NCBI GenBank assembly: GCA_977017645.1
Contig: OZ360234.1
Location: 79,794,001 to 79,858,000, forward strand
DNA: 64,000 bases
Source: Torpedo marmorata
Taxonomy: Eukaryota
Reading direction: 5' to 3'
Shown: in pieces, positions 1 through 11,100 of the stretch
Layout of the letters: the number at the start of each line of letters is the position of its first letter
How positions within the stretch are numbered: the first letter of the stretch is position 1
Notes under the pieces: generated by a model
What the model saw: only the letters and a program-made list of their open reading frames with translations
The model's database searches: none
Told to the model about the DNA's origin: nothing
Program-made: the position numbers and the translations under genes

Positions 1-668
1 CTTAGGTTTGGATAGGTTTGACTAGGCCAGACAATTGTCAGTGTCCCATCGTGAAGATAGGTGTATAAAACTCTTGCTGAGCATGTGTGATGTGGAGAAC
101 AAGTTCTCCACAATAGCCCCCTACCCTTTACCGGCGCACACCTTAAAACTGACTCTCCAGCATCGCCCACAACTCACAACCTGGAGTGGAGCTAGGGTTT
201 GTTCATAGGGGAAAAAGAGAGAGAGCTGCTCCATATGGTGGGCTTTATACTGCAGCCGGCTCAGGGCACCAGCTCAGGTATGCCCAAATGAGGAAATATG
301 TCCAAGAGAGCCAATCATAAGGTGACCTCACTTGTAGGTGGATCTAACCTTGATTGACACAGGCAAATGACTTTTGTCCTGCCTCTCTGGTCAGGTGACC
401 CTCCAGGAGCAAGCACGTGGAAATTCCTTTGTTCAGAGCAGTTTCCTGTCCGGCCTGTTGGATATTCCTCCGGATAACACCGGGAATGAAATTGTCAGGT
501 GTATATCAGTCGAAGCCTCAGGCTATTGCTGTCTAATCACACATTCTGTCAGTCGAGACAATTTGCTGCAGAATCATGGAGTCAGTCTGCATGGAAACAA
601 GCCCTCTGCGGCAAATGAAGTCCACAGAAGTGTGGTCACCATTGGAGATATGGCCGTGTCCCTTAACA
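1..668 (-). mobile_element. Possible LTR (retrotransposon/ERV) remnant running off the window edge
   Basis: Minus strand begins TGTTAAGGG at 668, then has ATTGG (~311-315), TATAAA (244-249) and a CT-rich tract (~210-226), in U3/R-like order. No partner LTR or internal ORF seen. Confidence 0.35.
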
Positions 669-842
669 GGAGTCTCTACAAACACCATGCACGACATAAT
701 GTTGACTGTGCTGTGCAGCAAAAAATTGGTACCATTCCTCAGAAAGAGGTGGGGTTCAAATCTCAGCTCTATTCTTTTGCCAGATTGGCAAAATATCTAA
801 GGGAGGATATACTGGTGTTGGAGAGGCTCCAGATGAAGTGAC

Positions 843-1000
843 ATAGAGCATAGAACAGTACAGCCCAGTGTACGCCCTTCGATCCACAATGTTGTGCTGA
901 CCTATTTAAACCTACTCCAAGACATCTCCCCTAAACTTTCCTCCACTCACCTGAAACAGATGTCCTCTGGCATTGGCCATTGCCACGCTGGGAATAAGGT
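843..1000 (-). mobile_element. CR1 LINE 3' tail fragment
   Basis: catagagcatagaacagtacagc...cccttcg... is the reverse-oriented CR1 tail also seen at 2185, 11160 and 12782. Confidence 0.65.
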
Positions 1001-1452
1001 TCTTGAGAATGATCCCGGCGATGAGAGGGTTAACATATGAGGAGAGTTTGATGGTTCTGGACCAGTACTCGTTGGAGTTTAGAAAGATGAGGGGGGATCT
1101 CATTGAAACCTACAGAATATTATGATGCCTGGATAGAGTGGGTGTGGAGAAGTTTCTAGTAGTGGGAATGCTTGAATCAGAAGGCACAGCCTCAGAATTA
1201 AAGTATGTCCTTGTAGAACAGAGATGAGGAAATATTTCTTCAGCCTGAGCATGGTGAGATGGCTGTGGAGCCAAACCTAGTGGATATATTTAAAACGGAG
1301 GTTGATTGGCTCTTGATTCATAAGGGTATATCAAAGGTTATGGGAAGAAGGCAAGAGAATGGGATTGAGAGGAAAAATACATCAGGCATGGATTGAACGA
1401 TGGAGCAGACTCAATGGGCCGAACAGCCTAATTCTGTTCCGACGTCTTATGG
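1000..1452 (+). mobile_element. CR1 LINE 3' fragment (ORF2 C-terminus and 3'UTR)
   Basis: Encodes ...YSLEFRKMRGDLIETY..., the CR1 ORF2 C-terminal motif; similar to copies at 7035 and 13528. Confidence 0.8.
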
Positions 1453-1579
1453 TCAAGCAACTGAATTGTCCAAATTATTTGTTTCAGTGATATTCTTCAA
1501 GATGTGCTGTGAGATCCTTTACCTCATCCAGAGGGAGAGGGTAGATCTCATCTAATGTTTTATCTTCCAACAAGGAGCA

Positions 1580-2002
1580 TTTGACAGCTCTTGGGCTGTA
1601 TTTGTTGGAATTTAGGAGAATGAGGTGGGACCTCATTGAAACATTTTGAACATTGAAAGGCATGGACAGAGTAGATGTGGAAAGGTTGTTTCCCATGGTG
1701 GGAGAGTTGAGGACAAGAGGACACAACTTCAGGATTGAAGGGCGTCCGATTAGAACAGAGATGCGGAGGAATTTCTTCAGCCAGAGGATGGTAAATCTGG
1801 GGAATTTGTTGCCAGGTCATTGGGTGTATTTAAGGCAGAGATTGATAGGTTCTTGATTAGCCAGGGCATCAAAGATTATGGGGAGAAGGCCGGGCAGTAG
1901 GGCTGAATGGGAAAATGAATCAGTTCATGGTTGAATGGCAGGGCAGACTTGATGGGCTGAATAGCCTACTTCTGTTCCTTTGTCTTATGATTTTATGGTC
2001 TA
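1580..2002 (+). mobile_element. CR1 LINE 3' fragment
   Basis: ORF 1653-1856 has LFPMVGELRTRGHNFRIEG...RRNFFSQRMVN (CR1 C-terminus), followed by a tatggtct-type tail. Confidence 0.85.
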
Positions 2003-2184
2003 AGCGATGTGCCATCTGCATGAGAGTCCATTGAATGGAGCAGACCATCCTCATTGGATGATGCGTAAAATGTATCTGAGAGCGCAGGACATCTCTGAGT
2101 GGGATTGGGGGCATCTATCTCACAGTGCATATAGCTGTCTGGGGTCTGGGAGTGTCTCTTTAATAGAACAATTAAAGGTTAGTA

Positions 2185-2785
2185 CATAGAACATAGAAAT
2201 TACAACACAGTACAGTCCCTTTGGCCCACAGTGTTGTGCCAACCTAATAACCTACTCTAACAACTGTCTAGAATTTCCCCACTGCATAACCCTCCATTTT
2301 TCTCAGTTCCATGTACCTATCTAATAGTCTCTTAAAAGATTCTATTGTACCTGCCTCCACCACCGCTGCCGGCAGTGCATTCCATCCACCCACCACTCTC
2401 TGTGTGAAGAAGTTACCTCTTGCATCTCCCTTGCATTTACTCCCAAGCACCTTAAAACTTTGCTCCCTCATGTTAGCCATTTCAGCCCCTGGGAAAAAAT
2501 ATTTTTTTATAAATTTAGACATACAGCACAGTAACAGGCCCTCTGGCCCACGAGCCCATACCACGCAAATATCCCAATTAACCTACAACCCCTGTTCATT
2601 TTTGAAGGGCTGGGAGAAACTGCAGCACCCGGAAGAAACCTACGCAGACACGGAGAGAACGTACAAACTCGTTACAGACAGTGCCAGATTTGAACCCAGG
2701 TCGCTGGCGCTGTAACAGCATTGCGCTAACTGCTATGCTAAACATGCCGCCCAAAATACCTCTGGCCACCCACATGATCTGAAGT
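2185..2785 (-). mobile_element. CR1 LINE 3' fragment interrupted by a V-SINE
   Basis: Minus ORF 2268-2564 has NFFTQRVVGGWNALPAAVVEAGTIESFKRLLD. CR1 sequence resumes at ~2753 after the SINE. Confidence 0.8.
2502..2752 (-). mobile_element. tRNA-derived V-SINE (HE1-like)
   Basis: Reverse complement shows a GGGCGGCA head, V-domain GTTTGTACGTTCTC...TCTGCGTAGGTTTC and an AT-rich tail. Flanked by AAAATA on both sides (likely TSD). Confidence 0.85.
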
Positions 2786-2867
2786 ATTATAAGATTATAA
2801 GTACCTGTCTTGATTTTGCCATCATGTATAAAGTTGGATGAACATAGGACCTTCTGGCTTGTGGTAT

Positions 2868-3110
2868 GGTAAAGGTAAAGGTAAAGGTTCCATTATTGTC
2901 ATGTAATACTACATTTAGAATGTAACATACATGAAATTCTTTAATTTTTGTCTACCGTAAGGCAGACAGAGGGTCGCTATTTTGTCCAGCGCCCCTCACC
3001 GAAACCTACAGCACCTGGTGTTCCTTGGCGGTCTCCCCTCCAAGTACTGACCAGTCCTGTGCCTGCTTAGCTTCTGAGATCAGACAATCCCAGTTGTATT
3101 CATGCTATTG
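2868..3110 (-). mobile_element. 5S rRNA-derived SINE (SINE3 type) with (CCTTTA)n tail
   Basis: Reverse complement of 3002-3105 matches 5S rRNA (GTCTGATCTCAGAAGCTAAGCAGG...GTACTTGGAGGGGAGACCGCC...CCAGGTGCTGTAGGTTT). It continues into ~130 nt of non-5S tail ending ATGACAATAATGGAA(CCTTTA)3. Confidence 0.85.
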
Positions 3111-5395
3111 GTGGGTGCCACCATCCTCCCATGCCACTAACTGAGAACATGTAGGACCTTAGTCAATGTAATGCTCATTATAATTCCCCCAACCAGCAAC
3201 ATCATACACATTTACTCAGACACTAGCTTCTCAGTTGATAGAATGGACATTGCTGACCCCAATTTGGCTGATCTTCACCTGTCTACAACATGTAATGACT
3301 TTCCAATTGAGGTAAAGTAACATGGTAAATCTGAGTTCTATCTGTCAGCGAGGCAGACCACACGAGGGAATGCTTTCTGATAGAATGGATGGGGACTGGG
3401 TGTGGAGGAGTTGGCAGGGAGCAGATCTGCAGAATGAAATGGTGGGTGAGTGAGTCATCAGAATTCTCATACAAAAACACAATTGTTCATATATTATTTT
3501 GATATAAGAGTGATGATCCACGGCTGGAAATCTATGCAAGTCTGTTCCTCACAAACATTGTTCTCTGATTCAAGTTTGCTTACATTAAAAGGAAAACCAT
3601 TGATTAAAAGTGCGGATGCCTTTATTTTGGGTGAGCCTCCATTTTTGAAAATCAATGATAAAGAAAAAATGGACGATCTTTTGCCAAATTGTTTAGAATT
3701 GTAGGATTTCATTGATTAAAACAAAGCTGAATAAAAAACAGTAGAATCTGATCCTAAAGTAATCACTGGTGTGTTCCCCTGCTCTTAGAGCACAGATAGC
3801 TAAATGGGACCAGCTCTGTCAGCATGAACAGGTGGGCCGGAGGGCCAGTTTCCTTTGTTTGCCCTGTAAAGGCACACAAACAGCACCACCAGTCCAGCGC
3901 CCCTATCAAGACCAGAAAGATAAATAAAAGAGAATCCTATCAGACGCATCGAGAGCCCCCGTAACCTCTGTAGCCACACGGCCTCCTGTCCAGCCCAGTG
4001 GCGAACCCGAGCTCAAGGCATCCCACTCTCAGCCTTCGTTCTGTATTTTTCAGCACCATTCTCTGAACAAAAATCTACCAAGCTCAATTTAGAGATCTTC
4101 AATTGACTCCAGGCTCAAGAGTTTTATGCAGTTCTTCCTGGAATATGTGGTTGCAATCTAAAAAAAATCTTGGTGTTCAGTTGTGAATAAAAAATATTCT
4201 GTTAGGTTTGATCAAGGTGTGGAAATAATCCAAATTAATCCTTGTATTGAGTCACGTTATCAACCAGCCCTGAATCTGTGTTGATTTGCCGAACACCTCC
4301 GCTCTGTTTGTGAGTATAAACTTGAGCCAACCATTTCAACATCCCCAGCCATTCCTACATTGACATGTCTGTTCTCGGCTTCATCCATTGTAAAGGGATA
4401 TTTTCAACTGGAACAGGGCTTTACAATGTTAAATGTGAGTTTATTGTCACATACATAAGTACAATGTACAGATGCACCAAAATTCTTACTTGTAACTAAT
4501 TCATAACTAATCCTGAGTTTCACAACCAGGCAGTATAATATAGGCATACACTGACTACTTCCTTCAAGAAGCAATTGATGTAGGGAGGGGGTGGGGAATA
4601 CTGTTTTGTCTGATCTGTATTTATCTTTACAATCCCTTTGATACCGAAAGTTGAGAGTTTATTTTCCACGAATGCTCCCATAAAATTAGCTGGAGTGTAT
4701 TCTTGTGGAATAATGAAGGTCAAATCCCATTAATATCATTCAACTAACATCAAACATTATCAAAATGGAAGTATCTTTGTTCTGTGGTCTGATGATAATT
4801 TGAAAGGAATTTCCTGATGGGACCTTTCCTTGATTCTTAATGAATCCAGTACTCCATCACTATTTCAGCTAAACAAACCATGGGTACATCTGCATTTGGA
4901 ATACTGCATTCTATTATGCAAAGCAGCACGGACTCTGAGAAGGTACAAAGGAAGGGTGATGTAATGACACCTTGTCTCTGGGCACAGATGAGGCTCTGAG
5001 GCTTAGGGCTATTTAAACTGAAAAACATCAGTTTGGAAGGAATCTGAACAATGATCGTAATATGAAGAAAGACTTGGCTCCAATCCATTGAAGTGGTTTG
5101 TTTGAGATTCAAAGAAAACTTGGACAGTGAAGCATGTATCTGAATTCTTGAGTCAAAGGGGGTAGATGTCAACAAAGATTAATTTTTACAGAGAGAAATT
5201 ATTGCAGAATAGAAGTCTGAGCAAAGTGATGACTAGTGAGTCACATCAGTTCATCCCAAGTGGAATGGAAATGCATGAGAGTAAAATGTTTCATTGGCTG
5301 AAGTGTAAACATTTAGAATCTGGCAGCTTCATGGAGACATTGGTTGCATTATATAACTAGATGTTAAGGTAAGGAGTATGGAGATGGTCTAGAGG

Positions 5396-5748
5396 TAAAC
5401 CCACGCAGGCTGCTGGCTGCTGGCGACTGCGGTCAAAGGACTCACACCAGGCTCTGGACTGCTGGAGACTGACTGAAGGGGTACCAGGTTTCGGAACTGG
5501 GGTGCGAAAGGGTGCTGAGGGTACTGAAGACTTTCTGGTTGTGTCAGAGGTTTGGATCTGGAGCTCGGATTGCCGATGGTATGAACTGAAGTCTGTGTGG
5601 CTGTGGAGGCTGCAGGAGCGCTGGAGGTGAATCCACGGACACTCGGTGACTCAGAAGGGACTCTCTTTTGCTTCTCTTTGTCCTATTGTTGGGGGTGCCG
5701 GGCAATGTTCATGGCAACTCTTTGCCTTATGGCAGAATGAAGTGGAGT
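5396..5748 (+). mobile_element. Partial copy of ~800-bp GC-rich non-autonomous retroelement (tail resumes ~6586-6648)
   Basis: Aligns by eye with 48960-49310 (ggatctggagctcgg..tgccgatgg; gggactctcttttgcttctcttt). Confidence 0.75.
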
Positions 5749-6565
5749 ATTCAAGATTCAAGATTCAAGATTCAATTTATTGTCAATTAATAAAACAGTG
5801 TCATATTACATGAAGTTGTTTTTGCCTGCTGTAAGGCAGACAGATTCGCCATCGGCAGAAATTACCTGAAGCGCCTCTTCCAGTTAGAGAAAGAGAAGCA
5901 AAAGAGTCACCAAGTGTCCGTAGATTCGCCTCCTGCGCTTCCGCAGCCTCTGCAGCCACACAGAGTCCAGTCCAAACCATTGGCAACCCGAGCTCCAGAT
6001 CCTAACCTCCGACACGGTCAGGACCCTTCAGCGCCTTCGGCACCCCCTCGCATCCCGGTTCCAATACCTGGTATCCCTTTAGCCAGTTTCGAACCAGTCT
6101 CCAGCAGTCCGCAGCCCGGTGCGAGTCCCCCGACAGCAGTCTCCTGCAGCCCACAGTCTCTGTGGGTTCCTCGCCTCGAGTCGCCAGCAGCCCACCGCAT
6201 GCGTGGGTCTCTCAGCCACAGAGCCCCCTCACTGGTCATCCGCCGTGGTCACCGTCCCGTGGGTTGTCTCCTCTGATTCTCCTTCTCAGACAGGGGGTGA
6301 TCTCCCCGTTTTCTGGTGCCCAGCGCCAGTCCTCCGATCACCTGGAGTCCGCAACCCCTCGTGGCTACTGCTGATCATAGGCGCCGCCATCTTGGGTGCA
6401 GACCCCGCGGTCGCGGGATTTTAAATAAAACTACCGTCGGCCCTTTTAATGGGCCGTTCAAAGCCTGTGTGGAGCTGACGGCAGTTGACTGGGCGGTTGG
6501 ACCCTGTGGGAGCGTTGTATCTCCGCTCTTTGCTCCCCACGGGTCCGCACCAGATGGGGGCTGCC
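5749..6565 (-). mobile_element. Near full-length copy of ~800-bp GC-rich non-autonomous retroelement
   Basis: Reverse complement of 48566-49381; tail reads (ATTCAAG)n-ATTTATTGTCA on the + strand. Confidence 0.85.
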
Positions 6566-7034
6566 TTCGTCAAATCTGTACATCCGGTATATCATGCATA
6601 TTACATTTTTAATGTATTATTACATGACAATAAAAGGATCCTTTAAACCTTTGGCTGAAGGGACTCTCTTTTGCTTTTATTTCTCTGACTGTAAGGGGCA
6701 CCAGGCAATTTCTGCTGATGGCAAATGTAATATTACATCTGTTTTATTACATGACAATAAAGAAATCCTGACGGTACCAGTTGGTTGGAATGGGATTCAT
6801 GTGGTACATCTCCCCCTTTGCCCCCTCCCCACACCCCTCTCCTCCATCACTATCATTTTTTGTAACTGTTTGCAAGGTTAGTTCTTCCGTCTGTTTGCTA
6901 TTTTCATATACATGCCATTCCACAGGGACCTCTGTCTGAAACCCACCATCAGTTGCCTCATGTACATTGATGGCACCAGTTTTAGCTCACCGCTGTCTCT
7001 CTAAACCCTTAGGCTCTCATTGATAGACAAACAA

Positions 7035-7642
7035 TACTGGAATAGAAAATAAGAGCAGGGATGTGATGTTGAGGCTTTATAAGGCACTGGTGAGACCTCA
7101 CTTGGAGTATTGTGAGCAGTTTGGGCTCCTCATTTAAGAAAGGATGTGCTGACTTTGGAGAGGGTTCAGAGGAGGTTAATAAGGATGATTCCGGAAATGA
7201 AAGGGTTATTATATGAGGAGTGTTTGACAGCTCTTGGCCTGTTCTCATTGGAATTTAGGAGAATGAGGGGGGATCTCATTGAAACATTGCGAATGTTGAA
7301 ATTTTGGACAGAGTAGATGTAGAAAGGTTGTTTCCCATGGTGGGAGAGTCTAGGACAAGAGGGCACAACTTCAGGATTGAAGGGTGTCTGCTTGGAACAG
7401 AGGTGCATAGGAATTTCTTCAACCAGAAGGTGATGAATCAATGGAATTTGTTGCCACAGGTAGTTGTGGTGGCCAGGTCATTGGGTGCATTTAAGGCAGA
7501 GATTGATATGTTCTTGATTAGCCAGGGAATCAAAGACCGGGCAGTGGGGCTCAGTGGGAAAATGGATCAGCTCATGATGAAATGGCGGGCCGGACTCGAG
7601 GGCTGAATAGCTTATTTCTGCTCATGTGCCTTATGGTCTTAT
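7035..7642 (+). mobile_element. CR1 LINE 3' fragment
   Basis: LYKALVRPHLEYC...GLFSLEFRRMRGDLIE...RTRGHNFRIEG motifs and CR1 tail. Confidence 0.88.
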
Positions 7643-7756
7643 GGAAAGCAAGTTTCCCAATTAGTTTCCATGGTCTCACTGGTCACTGTCAGGAACCAAA
7701 ACAAGCTCTGCAACCTTGTTGTCACACTAAACCCTGGAGAACTTGTCAGTGCCATC

Positions 7757-8100
7757 CAGGCCTGGATTAACCATTAAGCAAAATAAGCACATGCTTAGGG
7801 CACCAAGGGAAGGGGGCACCACAGAGTTATTTCCAGTGGCCGGATTTACCATGGTGCAGCTGAACTAGGGCCCCACAAAAAGGGGGCCCCCACAACAAAT
7901 GAAAAAAAAAACATCTATATACAGGTTATATTTAATATAGTTGTGGGGTCTGGCCTGGAAGAAAACTGAATTTTTAATCTATTATTTCACATTCAGCACT
8001 TATTGAGTCTTAATGTCTTGTCAGTTAGAGAATGGAAGGGTCGAGGGGGAACCATTGTTGGGCTGTGCTTAGGGCATCAGTTGTCCTTAATCCGGCCCTG
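7757..8100 (+). mobile_element. Non-autonomous hAT-type DNA transposon (MITE)
   Basis: TIRs CAGGCCTGGATTAA / TTAATCCGGCCCTG; 8-bp TSD GTGCCATC (7749-7756) vs TTGCCATC (8101-8108), 7/8 match. Confidence 0.8.
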
Positions 8101-8707
8101 TTGCCATCATCTCCATTGCATTCTCCACCTCAAACTCTGCTCCTAAATCTGAATTGATCCTTGGGCTCTGATAAACTCAAAGATTGTGGGAATTGGACAG
8201 GAAGGTGAACGTTGAGAGTTAGCCATGATTTAACTGAACGGGAAAGCAGACTCCAATGTCAGAATAATTTACTTCCAATATTTATCATGCTGTTAACTTG
8301 TCTACTTATGAAGCCATCACCAATATCGACATCTGACAACATCAGTGCACATGCCACCAGGTTCTCATCTTCCTATCCACAGAAACTTCAGCTCATCCAC
8401 AAGTGCCTAACCAACACCACGTCTGTCACCATCATCAGCAGCATCAGGTGACTTTTGGAGGTGCTGGCCTGACAATGCCTCAGTTTTAAAATCCTTCTCC
8501 TTGTTTTCATCTCCACACATACCCTCACCACTCCCTGTCTCTGCCAAATCTCTGTGCCCCTCCAATCAGAATCTCAACTTCCCAATCTTTTATTGTACCA
8601 TATTTGGATTGTTGCCTTCAGCTGCCTGGATCCTAAATTTTGGAGTTTGTTCCCTAAGCCTCACCTTGACTCTCTGCCTCTATCTCTTTATTATGCTTCT
8701 CTATTAT

Positions 8708-8969
8708 GGGCGGCACGGTTAGCGTGGCAGTTAGCGCGATGCTTTTACAGCGCCAGCGACCTATATACAAATCTGGCGCTGTCTGGAAGGAGTTTGTACG
8801 TTCTCCTCGTGTCTGCGTGGGTTTCCTCCGGGTGCTCCAGTTTCCTCCCACCCTTCAAAATGTATGGGGTTGTAGGTTATTCGGGTGTAATTGGGGGGGA
8901 GGAGGGGGCGCGGGCTCATGGGCCGGAAAGGCCTGTTACCATGCTGTATGTCGAAATTTAAATTTAAAA
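8708..8969 (+). mobile_element. tRNA-derived V-SINE (HE1-like), full length
   Basis: GGGCGGCACGGTTAGCG head, V-domain GGAGTTTGTACGTTCTCCTCGTGTCTGCGTGGGTTTCCTCCGGGTGCTCCAGTTTCCTCCCAC, AAATTTAAATTTAAAA tail. Confidence 0.88.
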
Positions 8970-9134
8970 CATACCTATTTGAGCAAACTTTTGATCACAT
9001 GCCCTCATAACTGAGGCTGACTCTCACATTTTATCTGATTAAGCTCCTGTGAAGCCTCTTAGGGTTTTATGTTACGTTGAAGATATTTTGAATTACATTC
9101 TGTTAATAAAGGGATTTTTTACATCCACCTAATG

Positions 9135-9925
9135 TGGACACCAAACAACATTGGTTGAATGAGTGTGCAAAGACATGACATTTGGAATACCATATTGGTA
9201 AATGTAGAAAGGAAAATAGTAGAGCCAACTGTTATGTCAATGGTAATAATTGCAGCATGTTGTTGTGCAGAGAGATCTGGGAGTGCTTGTGCATGAATCA
9301 TAAGTTAGTTTGCAGGTGCAGCAGGTGATCAGGAAGGCAAATGGGATGTTGCCTTCATTGCCGGGGGGATTGAATTTAAGAGAAATTAGGTTCTGCTCCA
9401 CCTGTGAGGCCACACCTGGAGTGTTGTGTTCAGTTCTGGTCCATGTACTTGAGAAAGGATATGTTGGCTTTGGAGGTGGTGCAGAGGAGTTTCACCAGGT
9501 TGATTCTGGAAATGATGGGATCATCTTAGGAGGAGAGATATAGTAGCCTGGGATTATACACACTGGAGGTTAGAAGGATGAGGGGGATTTCAAAGTGGCA
9601 TAAAATTACAAAAGGAACAAATAATATGAAAGCAGGGAAATTGTTTCCACTGGTAGGTGAGACTGGAACTAGGGGACATAGCCTCACAATTCAGGGGAGT
9701 AAATTCAAGACAGAGATGAGAAAGAACTGCTTCTCCCAGTGAGTGGTGCATCTGGAATTCTCAGCCAAAAGAAGCATTCAAGGCTGCCTCTTTGACACAG
9801 ATAGATAGAATTTTGAAGAATAGGGGAACAGGGGGATAAGTAGAGCTGAGTCCACGGCCAGATCAGCCAATGGCAGAGCAGGCTCAACGGACGAGATGGT
9901 CTTCTCTTGCTCTTATATCTTGTGT
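9135..9925 (+). mobile_element. Degenerate CR1 LINE fragment
   Basis: QVQQVIRKANGML...RPHLE motifs with frameshifts. Confidence 0.75.
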
Positions 9926-10632
9926 AGCATCACATCTGAGAGAGTTTATTATTTCCATCTATTGTATGTATTTATTGTCTCTTTTAAGTACTATCATAGT
10001 TTTTCTTTACAAGCACCTGTTCAGCTGGACCAAGTAAGAATTTTGGTGCAAGTGTATATTAAACAATGTGTATGACAATAGACTGATTATCAATCTTATT
10101 ATTATCATCAAACATCTGATAATGTAACACTCCCGTGGTATTGCAGGGGACTAGTTTCCGACTTCTTTGTGTTGAAATCTTAGGAACTGGATTTGAGTCC
10201 ACAATCTTCTAGCTCTGCACAGCACCTACAGTTGATACAAGATGACCATTGTGAGTGAAATTAGCATCCTTATTGCCAATCTTGCCAAGTCTACACATAG
10301 CAGTGGCTAACTGCTAATAGTGAACAATCCCCTCCTGACAACTTAGCCACTCACTGTGTAAACCACTTTCCACCCATTTTGTAAGGTGCATATTCTCAAT
10401 ATAAAAGAAATTACAATGATTGTAAGAAGCTAACAGAGTGCGGATAAAGCACAATACTGAAATAAAATTACTCCATAATTTTGGCATCCCACACTCTGAC
10501 AGATCATTGTTGAGTGTAAAGTACAGCTGCAATTTTATTCAGAACTAAATCATTTATTTTTCAAATATTTTCATCTTCATTGAATTTCCAGTTGTATATT
10601 TTTATTTTAAAGTTGTATTGCATAAGAGTGAA

Positions 10633-11016
10633 CTGTATATACGCATGCAATAGTCAAATTTTGTGGACCAATTTTTAGGGTAAAGTTTAGGAGGACAACT
10701 ATTACGCACATACCACCTTCGACTGCGGTAGGTACCTGCATCGTGCAAGGCGTCAGGAGCTCAGATGGGAGGGCGGGTGGGGCGTCGGGAGCTCGGATGG
10801 GTGGGTGGCCGGGGCATTGGGAGCTCGGATGGGTAGGCAGCTGGGGCCTGGGCGAGAGATGGCTGTCGAGGCGTCCGGAGGTCCGGTAGGCAGGCGGCCG
10901 GGGCCTGGGCGAGAGACACCAGTCGGGGAATCGGGAGCTCCGGTGGGCGGGCAGACAGAGCCAAAAATAAGGGATCAACTTTTACATGGTATCGACTATT
11001 ACACACAATATATACG

Positions 11017-11017
<1 letters not shown>
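10633..11017. mobile_element. Tc1/mariner-superfamily (Tc2/pogo-like) non-autonomous element with internal GC-rich minisatellite
   Basis: Imperfect TIRs CTGTATATACGCATGCAATAGTC / GACTATTACACACAATATATACGG; internal degenerate GGAGCTCGGATGGG... units at ~10750-10955. Confidence 0.6.

Positions 11018-11018
<1 letters not shown>

Positions 11019-11098
<80 letters not shown>
11019..11098. repeat. (GT)40 microsatellite
   Basis: Uninterrupted GT dinucleotide run. Confidence 0.98.

Positions 11099-11100
<2 letters not shown>

Noticed and set aside
3002-3110. Functional 5S rRNA gene
   Set aside because: The 5' third is diverged, there is no T4 terminator or tandem array, and it is fused to a retroposon tail; called as a SINE.
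8708-8800. tRNA gene
   Set aside because: The tRNA-like head continues into the V-SINE core; no complete cloverleaf or terminator.
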